NCBI RefSeq assembly: GCF_002113885.1
Contig: NW_018404037.1
Coordinates: 51,492 to 115,491, forward strand
Direction of reading: 5' to 3'
Length of the DNA: 64,000 bases
Source of the DNA: Mizuhopecten yessoensis
Lineage: Eukaryota
Below are positions 52,166 through 64,000 of the stretch, in pieces; position 1 is the first letter of the stretch; each line of letters opens with the position of its first letter. Both the position numbers and the translations under genes were made by a program. The notes under the pieces were generated by a model. It searched no databases, was not told the origin of the DNA, and saw nothing but the letters and a program-made list of their open reading frames with translations.

Positions 52166-54536
52166 TATAATGTGTTCATTTGTCCTCACAATGTGATATT
52201 TATTGTTGATTATTTCGTTTATTTTGCCCTTTTGTGTTGCTGCTATCGTATATTTTGTTCTTTTGTATACGCGCTGTGAGATATTATACCGGTTTGTTTG
52301 ACAATATAGTATATTTTGTCCCGTTATGATGATGTTGCGGTATATATTTACTTTTTGTTTAATCATTATACCTTCCACGAAAGTCAATTTCATTTTGAGT
52401 ACGATTTGGCAAATACCACAGAACATCCGTAACGTATAGTCATGATTACGTTTATTCACTAAAGGAACGTGTGATTGACGATGATCTGGTCTGACTTGTA
52501 ATTATAGTAATAACGTATTAGTATGATCCGGTGATACAAATACACTAGAATCGTCATCAACACTAGCTTGTGTACAGCTGTTGCAATGTGAACTTTTTAT
52601 CAGTGGCCACGCCATGTATTTACCGCCAAATCGTGATGACCTGTTATGTTATTATTGTAAATTTATTTTGATTTACTTTTTTATACTGAGAAGTTCCAAT
52701 GATAATGTTCATGACAGGTTCCTTGAATGGACGACAGACATAATAACGGTGGAGAAACCACTGCACAGCGTATACATGTTGTGTCTCTGAGGGGTATACA
52801 TGGACCTGCTCCAAATCGTTCATCGGTGTACTGTAATAACGTTTCTTATCAGTAAGGATTATCATGGACATGGCTATCAATGATTGTTTTTTGTGGTCTA
52901 CATTTATACACATAACAGGTGTGATCGGGTTCTACATTAACAAACACAACAGGTGTGATCGGGTTGTCACTATTTATCACAAGTTCGAATCTTAAATCTT
53001 CTTCAGAAGCATATCAATTTATATATACCTAAGTGGGCAGTTATTAGTGTAGGAAAGCAGACACCCAGCCTCCATGACCATGTATAAACAACTGTCACTG
53101 AGTTTATTAAAAGTCCATTGCCATCTAACATTGTCTTCTAGTGCCACAAACTAACGATATATAATTGTTTTTTTCCTTTACTTTTGTTCTTTCACTAACT
53201 CATTCTTGTTTCGTTCTTTTCGTCTTTTCCGACATCAATCTGTCTTAGATGTTTTGTCCGGTACCTTCTGAGAGCGAGTGAATTTAATTGATTATTTTTG
53301 ACAGGTTTCTTGTTTCATTGGTTTAAACCTTACTTCTTCTCCACCATCCCACTAAACTCATCATTCATACTTCATTCATTAATTTTAACAAATTTACCTT
53401 AAATGGTCTTTAATGCTACAAGAAGGTCAGCTTCTCAAGGGTGCCTCGCTTTAATATTAATCAGATGCCATCGATCATTCAGTACACGGGACTACATATA
53501 TAAGTGCTTGCTTGTTTGTCCTCCATAAATCTTAAATGATTGAGGTCAGTAGCGACGAATGTAAACCTTGGTCGATACCCGTATAAGTTATTACATTGGA
53601 TGACTTTAACACGGTTTTCCATGATTGTATATGATGACGGTACTGACGTTCCCAACACCCATTAAACACCTGACGGGATTGAAGTAAATTAAAACATCAT
53701 TTATGATTTCTTCATGTCCTCGTTCATACCGCTGTATATCAATGATTCATACCTGTCGTTCAGATATGAAGGTATTTTCAAATGTAGCTGGAATTCATCT
53801 CTAAATTACCACCCGTTACCGTCGCTTCACCGCGTCTAGAGGTAGGCGCGATTGTCATCTAGTGTATGCCGTTTGAACAGCTTTTGTATACTAAAATTTA
53901 ATATTTCTCGATATTTCCGCATAGATGGTCAGACTGTCTTCAAATAACACTGTTAAACAAATCCCCTTGGTAATGATTTTTTCGAGAAGTTGTACACCAG
54001 TAGGACACACCAAGCTTATCTCTATATCGGAATGTTATTAACAGAGTCTAATGTTTGTTAAGATATTTGCATGTGCAATTGTAGAATGAGATTCATGGTT
54101 TCATTTTTCGGAAAGAAATGTGGAATAAACTGTTGTTGTTTTACTGATTGAAACATAAATATCTGATAGGCTAAATCATGTATTGCTTGTGTTGTATTAA
54201 CATTATATTTTATCAAAATAAGTGTTTCATCTTAAATATTTTAATTAATATAACATATAGTTCATATAGCAGGTGGATGACATAAATACACAATTTATAT
54301 ACATAAGATGTTAACTATATTCAAATTTTATAATATCTGTTTATAGTATGCTACGCTAATATGTTTTTAACACCTTTGCAGTTGGGTATAATATTAACTG
54401 TTCTGGAGATCTATCGATTGAGATTTTCCTAGCCAAGTCCGTAGAGATGCTTTTGAGAGCAAGATTGAAAAGTTTTGTTAACATTTCCGGGCCTCATATC
54501 GGGCAACAATATATTTTTGTTTTGTTTGTTTAAATA

Positions 54537-54590
54537 CCTCCGCTAGGAGTTGAACCCGGGACAAGTCTCACGCTCCACTGAATTACCTAC
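54537..54590 (-). mobile_element. tRNA-derived SINE head or tRNA pseudogene relic
   Basis: On the minus strand, an A-box-like taattcagtgg (54585-54575) is followed by a B-box GGTTCAACTCC (54556-54546). The spacing is too short for an intact tRNA. Confidence 0.4.
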
Positions 54591-56399
54591 ATAGACATCC
54601 TTACTTACCAATTCAGCAAAAACTAGCTAGTATTTTACAAGGTGACAGTATCGGTATTGGTAAAGCATTTTGTAGACTCCGAGAAAAACTTGAAAAGGAA
54701 AACATGTCAAGAAGGAATAATTGTTAGGGAAATAGTAAAAGGAAAGCCAAAATATAATGAAGAACCCCCTTGTTTAGGCCTCTCGGTGTTTACGTGGGAA
54801 ACATCTATCCACTGTACACGTAGTTTATAGCAGCACAGATATCTCGTTAATCTGCAATAATTCAAACAAATAGCGTCCATATCACTTTGATTCCTCTAGC
54901 CTTCCAAACTTTGTAATGCACTATTTGTAGCCTCCAACCACCCACCCCGATAGGTAAATAATACATACCCTCTAACCACCCACCCTGATACGTAAGTCAC
55001 ACATAGATATGTCAAAATACCGAGGGGGGGGGGGGGAGTTAAAATGTTAAAATATGTTGGAAAATTTATGTCAGTTTTTAAATCCATCAAGGCTTGTCCG
55101 GAAGTCCATTTTGTGATAGGCAGGTGACTTAATGACAAGGTAAGATGTTGTGAAGTAGTGATTAGAAAGACGTAACATGTCAGTATTAATGTATTTTAGA
55201 GAAATATAAAGAGAGGAGGGAGAAAGCATGCATGATGATTGGTACATACAAAGCGGTAACTGCATGTGTAGGACGGCGGTAGTGTTATAATGTTTTCAAT
55301 TAAGGACCTAATACCATGTTTAATTAAAGGCAACTTTTGCATGAGTATCTTATAATTGGGTTGTACTTTTTCCTAATTAGTGGCTCAAATTTAATAAAAA
55401 TAAATGAATGCGGAAATTATTTCTTTCCACATACTTATGCACATTTATATGGAATTGGATACGTTGCTAACACGTTGTGCCATTTTTAAACCCACATATA
55501 ACTTGTTTTATTTCCTAGAGTATTTACCAGGTGGTAAGAAATGTTTAAGCATAATTCAGTATCATTTCTGACATTGACGTGAAATAAAGGTAGTTTCAAG
55601 ATTATTTCTGATATCATGTTGGATACAAATCATGTATCCTTACAGATAATAGCAAATCCAGCAGAGGTTCAATACATTTCTTTTTTTAAGTGACTTTTTA
55701 AATAAGTATCTGATGAAAATCAATTCATTCTATAAATCTCCAAACATTATATTGTGTACTGTAGCTATTTTATAACAAAAACAACTAAGAGTCGCATTTA
55801 GCTAATTTCAAGTTATTTAATTATTCATTTTTTTGTTTTTTTTGTTTTTTTGTTCAATAAGCTTAATAGTTAAACTTTACACAATCTGTCATCGTTGAAT
55901 TATACCATCATCTGGATATTGTTATATATAGATAATAATATCAAGGTAAAGCTCTTTGCGAAAGCGACCCCTTCTTATCAAACGTTGATATTTTCACTTG
56001 TAATATAGAATTCAGATTTAGTATAACCAAACTCACTATCTTGAATCCTTTAAATGGGTTTTTCTTTTCTTCTATACGATCGGAAGTTTTGTATTTTCCA
56101 TCTTATCTGATAATTTTGATTTCTAGAAGGTCTTAGTTATTCTTTAAAAACAAAATCAAGAAAAACAAACGAAATTGATTAAATAATTTTGAAATTGTGT
56201 TTAAAAGCAAAAAAGTAAACCTGCATCCATCATTTACTTGTTTTTCAGCAACTTTAATAGAAAACAAGAATCCAAGTTAAAAATTGGTTGCTAAAATGTG
56301 AAAAATGTGAAAAAATATTTCCATTGACTTTACAATAGAAAGAAGGTTTTGTCAATATAATTTCAAAATAATTCACGGTGAGCCTATCTGGGTAAATAC

Positions 56400-56500
56400 G
56401 TGCCCCATGTAGCACGGACGAAACACTTACGCTTCCGGAGCGCCTGGTTCCATTCCCTTTATCTTTAGATGTATGTGATGCTATCTTTCCTTTGTTTTCA
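56400..56500 (+). mobile_element. Fragment of a dispersed repeat (gtgccacatgtgg...cttac.cttccggagc.cctg family); related fragments near 1803, 18865 and 26319
   Basis: gtgccccatgtagcacggacgaaacacttacgcttccggagcgcctgg followed by a T-rich tail. The same gtgccacatgtgg-like core occurs at three other loci. Confidence 0.45.
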
Positions 56501-56975
56501 TTATTCCGAAGTTAGTTTTATTGTTACGTATTTTAGGTAAAACGTGTTCTTGTGTGTTAACGCGGTAATATATGTATTTTGAATTTACATAACACAACGC
56601 AGAAACGACCTTTACTTATGTCCTGTAATGTCAAGCTCTAAGCAGATCAAATCTTCACATGAATACAAAGTTATTATAACATTTTCTCAGTTATTATGTC
56701 ATTGACAAGTTATTCATTGTGTTGAAATCATCGCGGAAGCGAGGATACTGCAAAACAGATAGAGAAATCACATGAAAATGGAACGATAGAAGACAGGAGA
56801 GAAAGAGAAAAAAAAGGGAGCTAGAAAAAAATAGATAATGATACAGTGATTGACAAATGGGAAACTGAAGAGTAAGAAAAGGAACAAAATGAGATTAAAG
56901 GAAGAAATGAGATGAAATTAGGGAGTCGGACAACTCATAATATGACATTTAGAATAGATCTGTCTAATTCATTCA

Positions 56976-58977
56976 TTGTTCTTAGGTTGCTCTAAAACAG
57001 ACCATTGATATGAGAGCGATCATACCTTACGGTTGTTCTAAGGTTGTTTTAAAACAGACCAATGATATGAGTGCGATCATCCCTTACGGTTGTTATAATG
57101 GTGCTTTAAAACAGACCATTTATATAAGTGCGATCATACCTTACGGCTGTTCTAAGGTTGCTTTAAAACAGACCATTGATATGAGTGCGATCATACCTTA
57201 CGGTTGTTATAATGTTGCTTAAAAACAGACCATTGATATGAGTGCGATCATACCTCACGGTTGCTCTAAGGTTGCTTTAAAAAAGACCTTTGATATGAAT
57301 GTGATCATACCTTACGGTTATTCAAATGTTGCTTTGAAAAAAGACCATTGATATGAGTGTGATCATACCTTACGGTTATTCTAATGTTGCTTTAAAACAA
57401 ACCATTGATGTGAGTGCGATCATACCTTACGGTTGTTCTAAGGTTGCTTTAAAACAAACCATTTATATGAGTGCGATCATATCTTACGGTTGTTCTAAGG
57501 TTGTTTTAAAACAGACCATTGATATGAGTGTGATCATACATTACGGTTATTCTAATGTTGCTTTAAAACAAACCATTGATGTGAGTGCGATCATACCTTA
57601 CGGTTGTTCTAAGGTTGTTTTAAAACAGACCATTGATATGAGTGGGATCATACCTTACGGTTGTTCTAAGGTTGTTTTAAAACAGACCATTGATATGAGT
57701 GCGATCATACCTTACGGTTGTTATAATGTTGCTTTAAAACAGACCATTGATATGAGTACGATCATACCTCACGGTTGCTCTAAGGTTGCTTTAAAAAAAA
57801 CTTTGATATGAATGTGATCATACCTTACGGTTATTCAAATGTTGCTTTGAAAAAAGACCATTGATATGAGTTTGATCATACCTTACGGTTATTCTAATGT
57901 TGCTTTAAAACAAACCATTGATGTGAGTGCGATCATACCTTACGGTTATTCTAATGTTGCTTTAAAGAAAGACCATTGATATTAGTGCGATCAAACCTTA
58001 CGGTTGTTATAAGGTTGTTTTAAAACAGACCATTGATATGAGTGTGATCATACCTTACGGTTGTTCTAAGGTTGCTTTAAAACAGGCCATTTATATGAGT
58101 GCGATCATACCTTACGGTTGTTCTAAGGTTGCTTTAAAACAGACCATTTATATAAGTGCGATCATACCTTACGATTGTTCTAAGGTTTCTTTACAAAAGA
58201 CTATTGATCTTAGTGCGATCATACCTTACGGCTGTTCTAAGGTTGCTTTAAAACAGGCCATTTATATAAGTGCGATCATACCTTACGATTGTTCTAATGT
58301 TGCTTTAATACAGACCATTGATGTGAGTGCGATCATACCTTACATTTGTTCTAAGGTTGCTTTAAAACAGACCATTGATACGAGTGTGATCATACCTTAC
58401 GGTTGTTCTTAGGTTGCTTTAAAACAAACCATTGATGTGAGTGCGATCATACCATACGGTTGTTGTAATGGTGCTTTAAAACAGACCATTCATATGAGTG
58501 CGATCATACCTCACGGTTGTTCTAAGGTTGCTTTAAAACAAACCATTTATATGAGTGCGATCATACCTTACGGTTATTATAAGGTTGTTTTAAAACAAAC
58601 CATTGATGTGAGTGCAATCATATTTACGGTTGTTCTAAGGTTGTTTTAAAACTGACCATTGATATGAGTGTGATCATACCTTACGGTTGTTCTAAGGTTG
58701 CTTTAAAACAAACCATTGATGTGAGTGCGATCATACCTTACGGTTGTTCTAAGGTTGCTTTGAAACAGACCATCGATATGAGTGCAATCATACCTTACGG
58801 ATGTTCTACGGTTGCTTTAATACAGACCATTGATGTGAGTGCGATCATACCTTACATTTGTTCTAAGGTTGCTTTAAAACAGACCATTGATACGAGTGTG
58901 ATCATACCTTACGGTTGTTCTTAGGTTGCTTTAAAACAAACCATTGATGTGAGTGCGATCATACCATACGGTTGTTC
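56976..58977. repeat. 57-bp satellite, ~35 copies
   Basis: accattgatatgagtgcgatcataccttacggttgttctaaggttgctttaaaacag. It produces 19-aa periodic ORFs. Confidence 0.99.
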
Positions 58978-59751
58978 AAATACATTGTATGTGTGGTGTA
59001 TCAAATTTCGACATAACGATACTCTAGCGAATATATAGAACTCTGCAGTATTACTAGAGTTTGATTTAATAGCCTACAGTTTAATCTAAACTAGTATTTA
59101 TCCCTTCTATTGGCCTAGTAACGGGCTTGAAAAGCACGCACGACTATTCTATTACAATCGATATTAAAATGCATTTTGCATTAAGCCCTTTCAAATAAGA
59201 CAAAGATATATAAATTGAAAAAAATGTCTTACCTGCATGATAAACAATCAATTCAAATTTTGCGAAATTCAAAGAATAAGAAAATTGTATTTTTTTATGT
59301 TTTTTTTTTTTTTTAGTAACATAAATATGTGAGCATTTATCATTTAATACAAATACATATTTGTTACAGCTTATTAAAACAATGTCAAATATAATTAGTT
59401 TTTATGATCTTTCCGTGATTATTATTTTACAGGGGTACCTAAGTACCGATTCTGCAACAGAATTATTAAAACATTTTGTAGAGTTCAGCAATATAAACTT
59501 ATAAGACGACGCCTAGAATTGGCCACACAAAAGAACGTAGTAAAACATTTCCCTGCCCCAGTTCGATCCCAGTCTAACATATTCTGTGATGTAAATGAAA
59601 TACCACAAACCCAGCGAAACCTGAAAGATAGATACAAGACTGTTTGTACGACGATCTCAGAGTAAAAATATATTATTTGCTAATACGGTGGTGTTGTAAG
59701 CGACGTCTGAGGTATTGACCGGTGTTCTCCAACTTCAAAGGGCCGATAGCT

Positions 59752-59771
59752 GGGTGGGCTGGGGGGTTGGG
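59752..59771 (+). other. Canonical G-quadruplex motif
   Basis: GGG-T-GGG-CT-GGGGGG-TT-GGG. Confidence 0.6.
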
Positions 59772-62700
59772 ATAATGATTTGTACATGTTAGGATTCCTT
59801 CAGTACTGATTGTATACCTCAGGGTGTATCAAGCCTCGCTGGGTTAATGCCGCTTTAAGTAAAAAATTCAAATTTATTTTTATTTATATATTAAATTGGT
59901 ATTTCTGGCAATATTTTTTTGGCTTATTTTGTCTGGTTTTAAACACTTTGAATGAAATGAAATGCACATTTTGATTTTTAGATGTTTTTTACCCCCTGGA
60001 TGTATGATTAAGCGAATGACGCCCTGTACATCTCAAACGATAATACTAATCATCTGAGACAGTGAAGTCCGCAACTGCACCAAACAATTACACCAATATC
60101 AATGCCAATGATAGAGGATCATTTGTCTCTGTAAAGTCCGTCTAGTCGATTGGTCATTGTTCCTCAAAACAAATATGCCTAATACCCATTAAGACAAACC
60201 AGTGTGACTCGGGAGAGGTCAGACATAGAAAGGAGAAAAAAATCGTTGAAAAACTAGTATTAACTTCAAATTTAAGCGTATGTTTTTATTCCCATATATC
60301 GTGCTATCATAGTTGTATCAGATAACGCGGTCTGTCGGGGTCAGTGATCAAACGATCCCAACTATTGTGAGGGGATATACCACAATAGCACCCTAGCACA
60401 CAGGGCTGGTGAGCCACACAGCGACAGGCTTTACCTGGTGTACTCTGGCAGGAAAGTCACCTGTAAATCCCATGAATAATACTTATTGCTTTTTCTCCCC
60501 CATTCATTTCAATTATATTAGTTCCTGATAGTATTTTACTGAGTTCTATCCTCACCGTGTTCTGATGATAGGGTAAACCCTGAAGATGGGATTTGTCATT
60601 TATAGTTGTTATAAGGATACTACGTTCGAGTTAATCAAGTCAATACATTCACCATGCATGTTTTATCAGACACTATTTGATGTACCTCTTTACAGGCCAG
60701 TCGTGATGACTAGAGGCATTAGCGGATAGCTAGAACTGTATGAGGTCGCCAACAAACCATATCTGAGGATTTTCAACACAGGAAGGAATAAGTGACGTAA
60801 CGGTATCTGTCTATACGTATTGAGGAAATCGGGATTGTAGGAGATAGAAACCGCTGTATAGATATTAAAAGGATGCTTCGTCGTCGGAATACACATTCAC
60901 AGTTATATATAATGTAGCGGGGACCTCCTGAGTCATGGTTCGCTTGAATTCTCTCAGTGACAGAAGTCGAAGTCTGGAGCACCAGCTACCCAAACACACT
61001 ATTTTGGAGGATGTGATTTTCAATTTACATCGAAACTACCTATATGGAGTGAACGTTTACCCGTTACTACTTGTCTACCATAAGTTAGACTTGAGTTCGG
61101 ATATGAGGAAATGTCTTGGGGAGTAATAGACCGTCCTTGGATCGCCGTCCATACCATCTCACCCCGGGGTACACTGCCACACGCAGGTACGCACTGTTAT
61201 TGTGGTTCACGGAACAAGGGTGATTGGAACTGATTGACAAGTACGTGGTTTCAGCTCTCCCAATACGCAATTTGTTAGTATTCATTCCCAAATAAACTGC
61301 AACAAGCCTCTTTCTTGCATGCATGTATATATGTAATGTATGTGTGTTAGTATACATATCAGTGCGAACTATACAGATAAATGGTTATACGTATGGAATT
61401 GTTCCTGAATTACTTTTGGAACTACCGACAAAGTTATGGTGTTATTTCTCCCTGGAGATTGGAAATAAGAATTACGTAATACCGATTCCTGTGCAATAAC
61501 TGGCGGCGAGCAGTCCAGCAATTCTCACCAAGGACGCGCGGTCATTGCATGTCAAACCATGCAAGTTCAAGGAGTACTTGTATTTGTATACTTTTATCTG
61601 CTGTGTCCAACCAATATCATAGGTCTATGGTGGTAAGTAGCTCATTTACATATTCATGCAATTCATAATAATTAGGCTCATTTGTATATTCACATTTTAA
61701 AAAGCATTTAAATGAATATAAATGATTTGAAAATTATTTCTTGAGTAATTATTTGGATTTAAAGTGTGTTATTTAAATTGTTTAAAATATCTTGACTAAA
61801 TTGGAATCTGTAAGTATTTTTCATGATATTTCACTCATTAAATGATACTTTATTATGAGGATCATTAATTTGAATAAGTCAATCTTATTATAAGTTACAA
61901 TGAACAAATTAAAGCTATTTCAATATCATTTATTAAAATATTCGTTTACGAAATAAATAACTTAATTGCAAAAAACACTTAAAAACAAAACAGGTAATGC
62001 TAGACATGCATTTGTGCGGATTATCTATCTAGTGACAATTATATTAATTATACGTCTTATTTAGATGCTAATTACACGAGATAATCACTCGGTGACTAAG
62101 ACGGATAGATTTGGTGGTAATCTCTGGCCGTGTATTCAGTTAATATCGATAGCAAAGCAAACAGACCGGTACGTTGTCTGCATAGTCTGGCCTAGGTCAT
62201 CGTGATTTAGACGGGGCGATTCTAACGAATGGCGTTGACCTAAGGTAACCTCAGTTGATAGGCTTGGTATCATTTACGTATCATCGCCCACTCAGATACA
62301 CAGTCTAGTTTAACTACACACCACCATCACAAAGACGCTTGAAGACATAGCATTATAGAATAATCAAAACGTTTACATGGTAAATTAACCGGATAACATA
62401 TCACAATCTGGTAATCATAATGACCCAATTTGGTAGATTTCTATAATTAGAAATATTTTACAACGAATAAACATATAACATTGATGTATTTAAACTACTG
62501 AAGATTTACATTATGAAATTAGAAAATGGTTTTGTCCTTTTTTTCCTTTCATATTCTGTCATTTCTTTAAAGGAAACGTAATAATTTTACATTGATAATT
62601 CATATTTGTTTTAATAATTAATGAATGTTTCTGCTATATAAATTTCAATATTAATTAATCAAAATCAAATATGCATGGTCATAACATTTTGTTTTGCAAA

Positions 62701-63081
62701 TAAATGGGAGCTACATGTACTTATAAAATGGATATACAATACATATCTAAATTATTTTAGAATCACTTAACAAACTTTGAAGACAGAGATATTAGTAACG
62801 ATTTGAATCAGATCAATTTGATTAGACGTATTTCTAATAATTGTATCAACATATTTTGCAACTATGTATTTTTTTTTTTAAAATTCGTACAAAACCCCAT
62901 CTTTATCATATATGTTTATATAACAATACACCTTTAATTTAATTGCGTGGTAATATGTCTTTTCCCACTGTCGTATTATTTTCATTGCTTTTTGTCAATT
63001 CCCCAGATATTGACATCATATTTTTACAACTAGATGAATATTTAAACTTCGATGCTATCATGTAGAAATATTACTGATAAC

Positions 63082-63281
63082 CTGCGCCGTAGACCTACAA
63101 ACGCTTGCCTATCTACCTAATGCCCTAAAAGAAGAACTTGTTTGATATAAAAGTACATATCAATATACAAATTCAATTTTGAATCGTTCTAGGTGTTTTT
63201 GAATTTGAGATCTTATAGACGTTTTAAATGTTTATTGATAATTTGTACCTTTCTACGTAAAGTAGAAACATAACGGCGCAG
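63082..63281. mobile_element. Old degenerate palindromic (MITE-like) element
   Basis: Outer arms ctgcgccgt / acggcgcag. Nested inner arms aaagtacatatcaata / tattgataatttgtaccttt and caaattcaa / ttgaatttg. Confidence 0.45.
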
Positions 63282-64000
63282 ACGAAATTATTTACAAATA
63301 CGCCCCAATTCTTTTGCACTTTATAAATGTGAGTTCATATGCTGATAGTAGATATAGATAGCTCGGTGAATGTTTTGCAATAAAGCTCATGATAAAAAGT
63401 ACGCTTTGATTCAATTAGTGCGTAAAGCATTTGTCAAACATGCTAAATAGTTTAAATAATTGGAGGATATATATTACTTACTCAACACATAAAAATGCAT
63501 CAAATCAATTGTAGTCCGACTCGAGATATGAAATAAGTTTACATTGCAATGTTTCATGCTATACATTTTGCCTCATAATTTAATTATTATTTATGTATCT
63601 TAGTCTTTCTCTATAAAATCTGAAATAACAATGTCTAATTATATTTGCTGATTTTTGAATAATAATAACATGTATAAATGTGATAAAATGCACCTGCTTT
63701 GTATTTATTCCCTGAAAGAGACTAAATGGCTCCTAATTGTCATGATAGTGATCACGGAATTAAACAACAATGTAGATATAATTGTTCGCCTGGTTATAAC
63801 ACGTGTTCCTATGATGCAAAAGTATGCTTTCTGTGTAGTATTCATACATAGACATTCAGTACCACAGTTCATCAAGTACAGATGATAATATGCGAGGAAT
63901 ACATTTTTTCTGGTTGAAAATATGTTAACTTTGTTTAAGCATGAACCTCCCTGCCTAAGGCTAAACACAGGGGTAGACATTTCACGATAACATCTAGGAG

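Noticed and set aside
54537-54590. Functional tRNA gene
   Set aside because: The A-to-B box spacing is too short and no cloverleaf can be drawn. Kept only as a SINE or tRNA relic.
57010-58924. 19-aa repeat protein (MSAIIPYGCSKVALKQTID)n
   Set aside because: 57-bp satellite with repeated frameshifts and stops, and no unique coding flanks.
60562-60597. Second hammerhead candidate CTGATGA-t-AGGG-taaa-CCCT-GAAG
   Set aside because: GAAG replaces GAAA, and there is no convincing stem III or stem I.

Overview
AT-rich, gene-poor eukaryotic (animal) DNA. The decayed LINE motifs and the dense minisatellites resemble bivalve molluscs, but that assignment is an inference. I can identify no intact protein-coding gene, RNA gene, operon or CRISPR array. 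Nearly all long entries in the ORF track (26.6, 32.9, 38.2, 49.4-50.7 and 57-59 kb) are read-throughs of tandem repeats. About 20 tandem arrays (units of 20-62 bp) cover roughly 30% of the window. The best-supported non-tandem feature is a heavily decayed non-LTR retrotransposon on the + strand (~13.65-16.02 kb) with endonuclease, RT and C-terminal zinc-knuckle motifs and an internal deletion of the YADD catalytic region. There are also three palindromic MITE-like elements, a tRNA-derived SINE-head relic, fragments of one dispersed repeat and several low-confidence candidate exons. The most interesting signals are: a hammerhead-ribozyme-like motif at 2268-2312 (- strand) with a palindromic stem III; a fold-back inversion inside an AT-rich satellite with traceable junctions; higher-order periodicity in several arrays; and three arrays (30, 56 and 59 bp) that appear to share one ~28-30 bp ancestral unit. 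I cannot establish a new biological system from this sequence alone.
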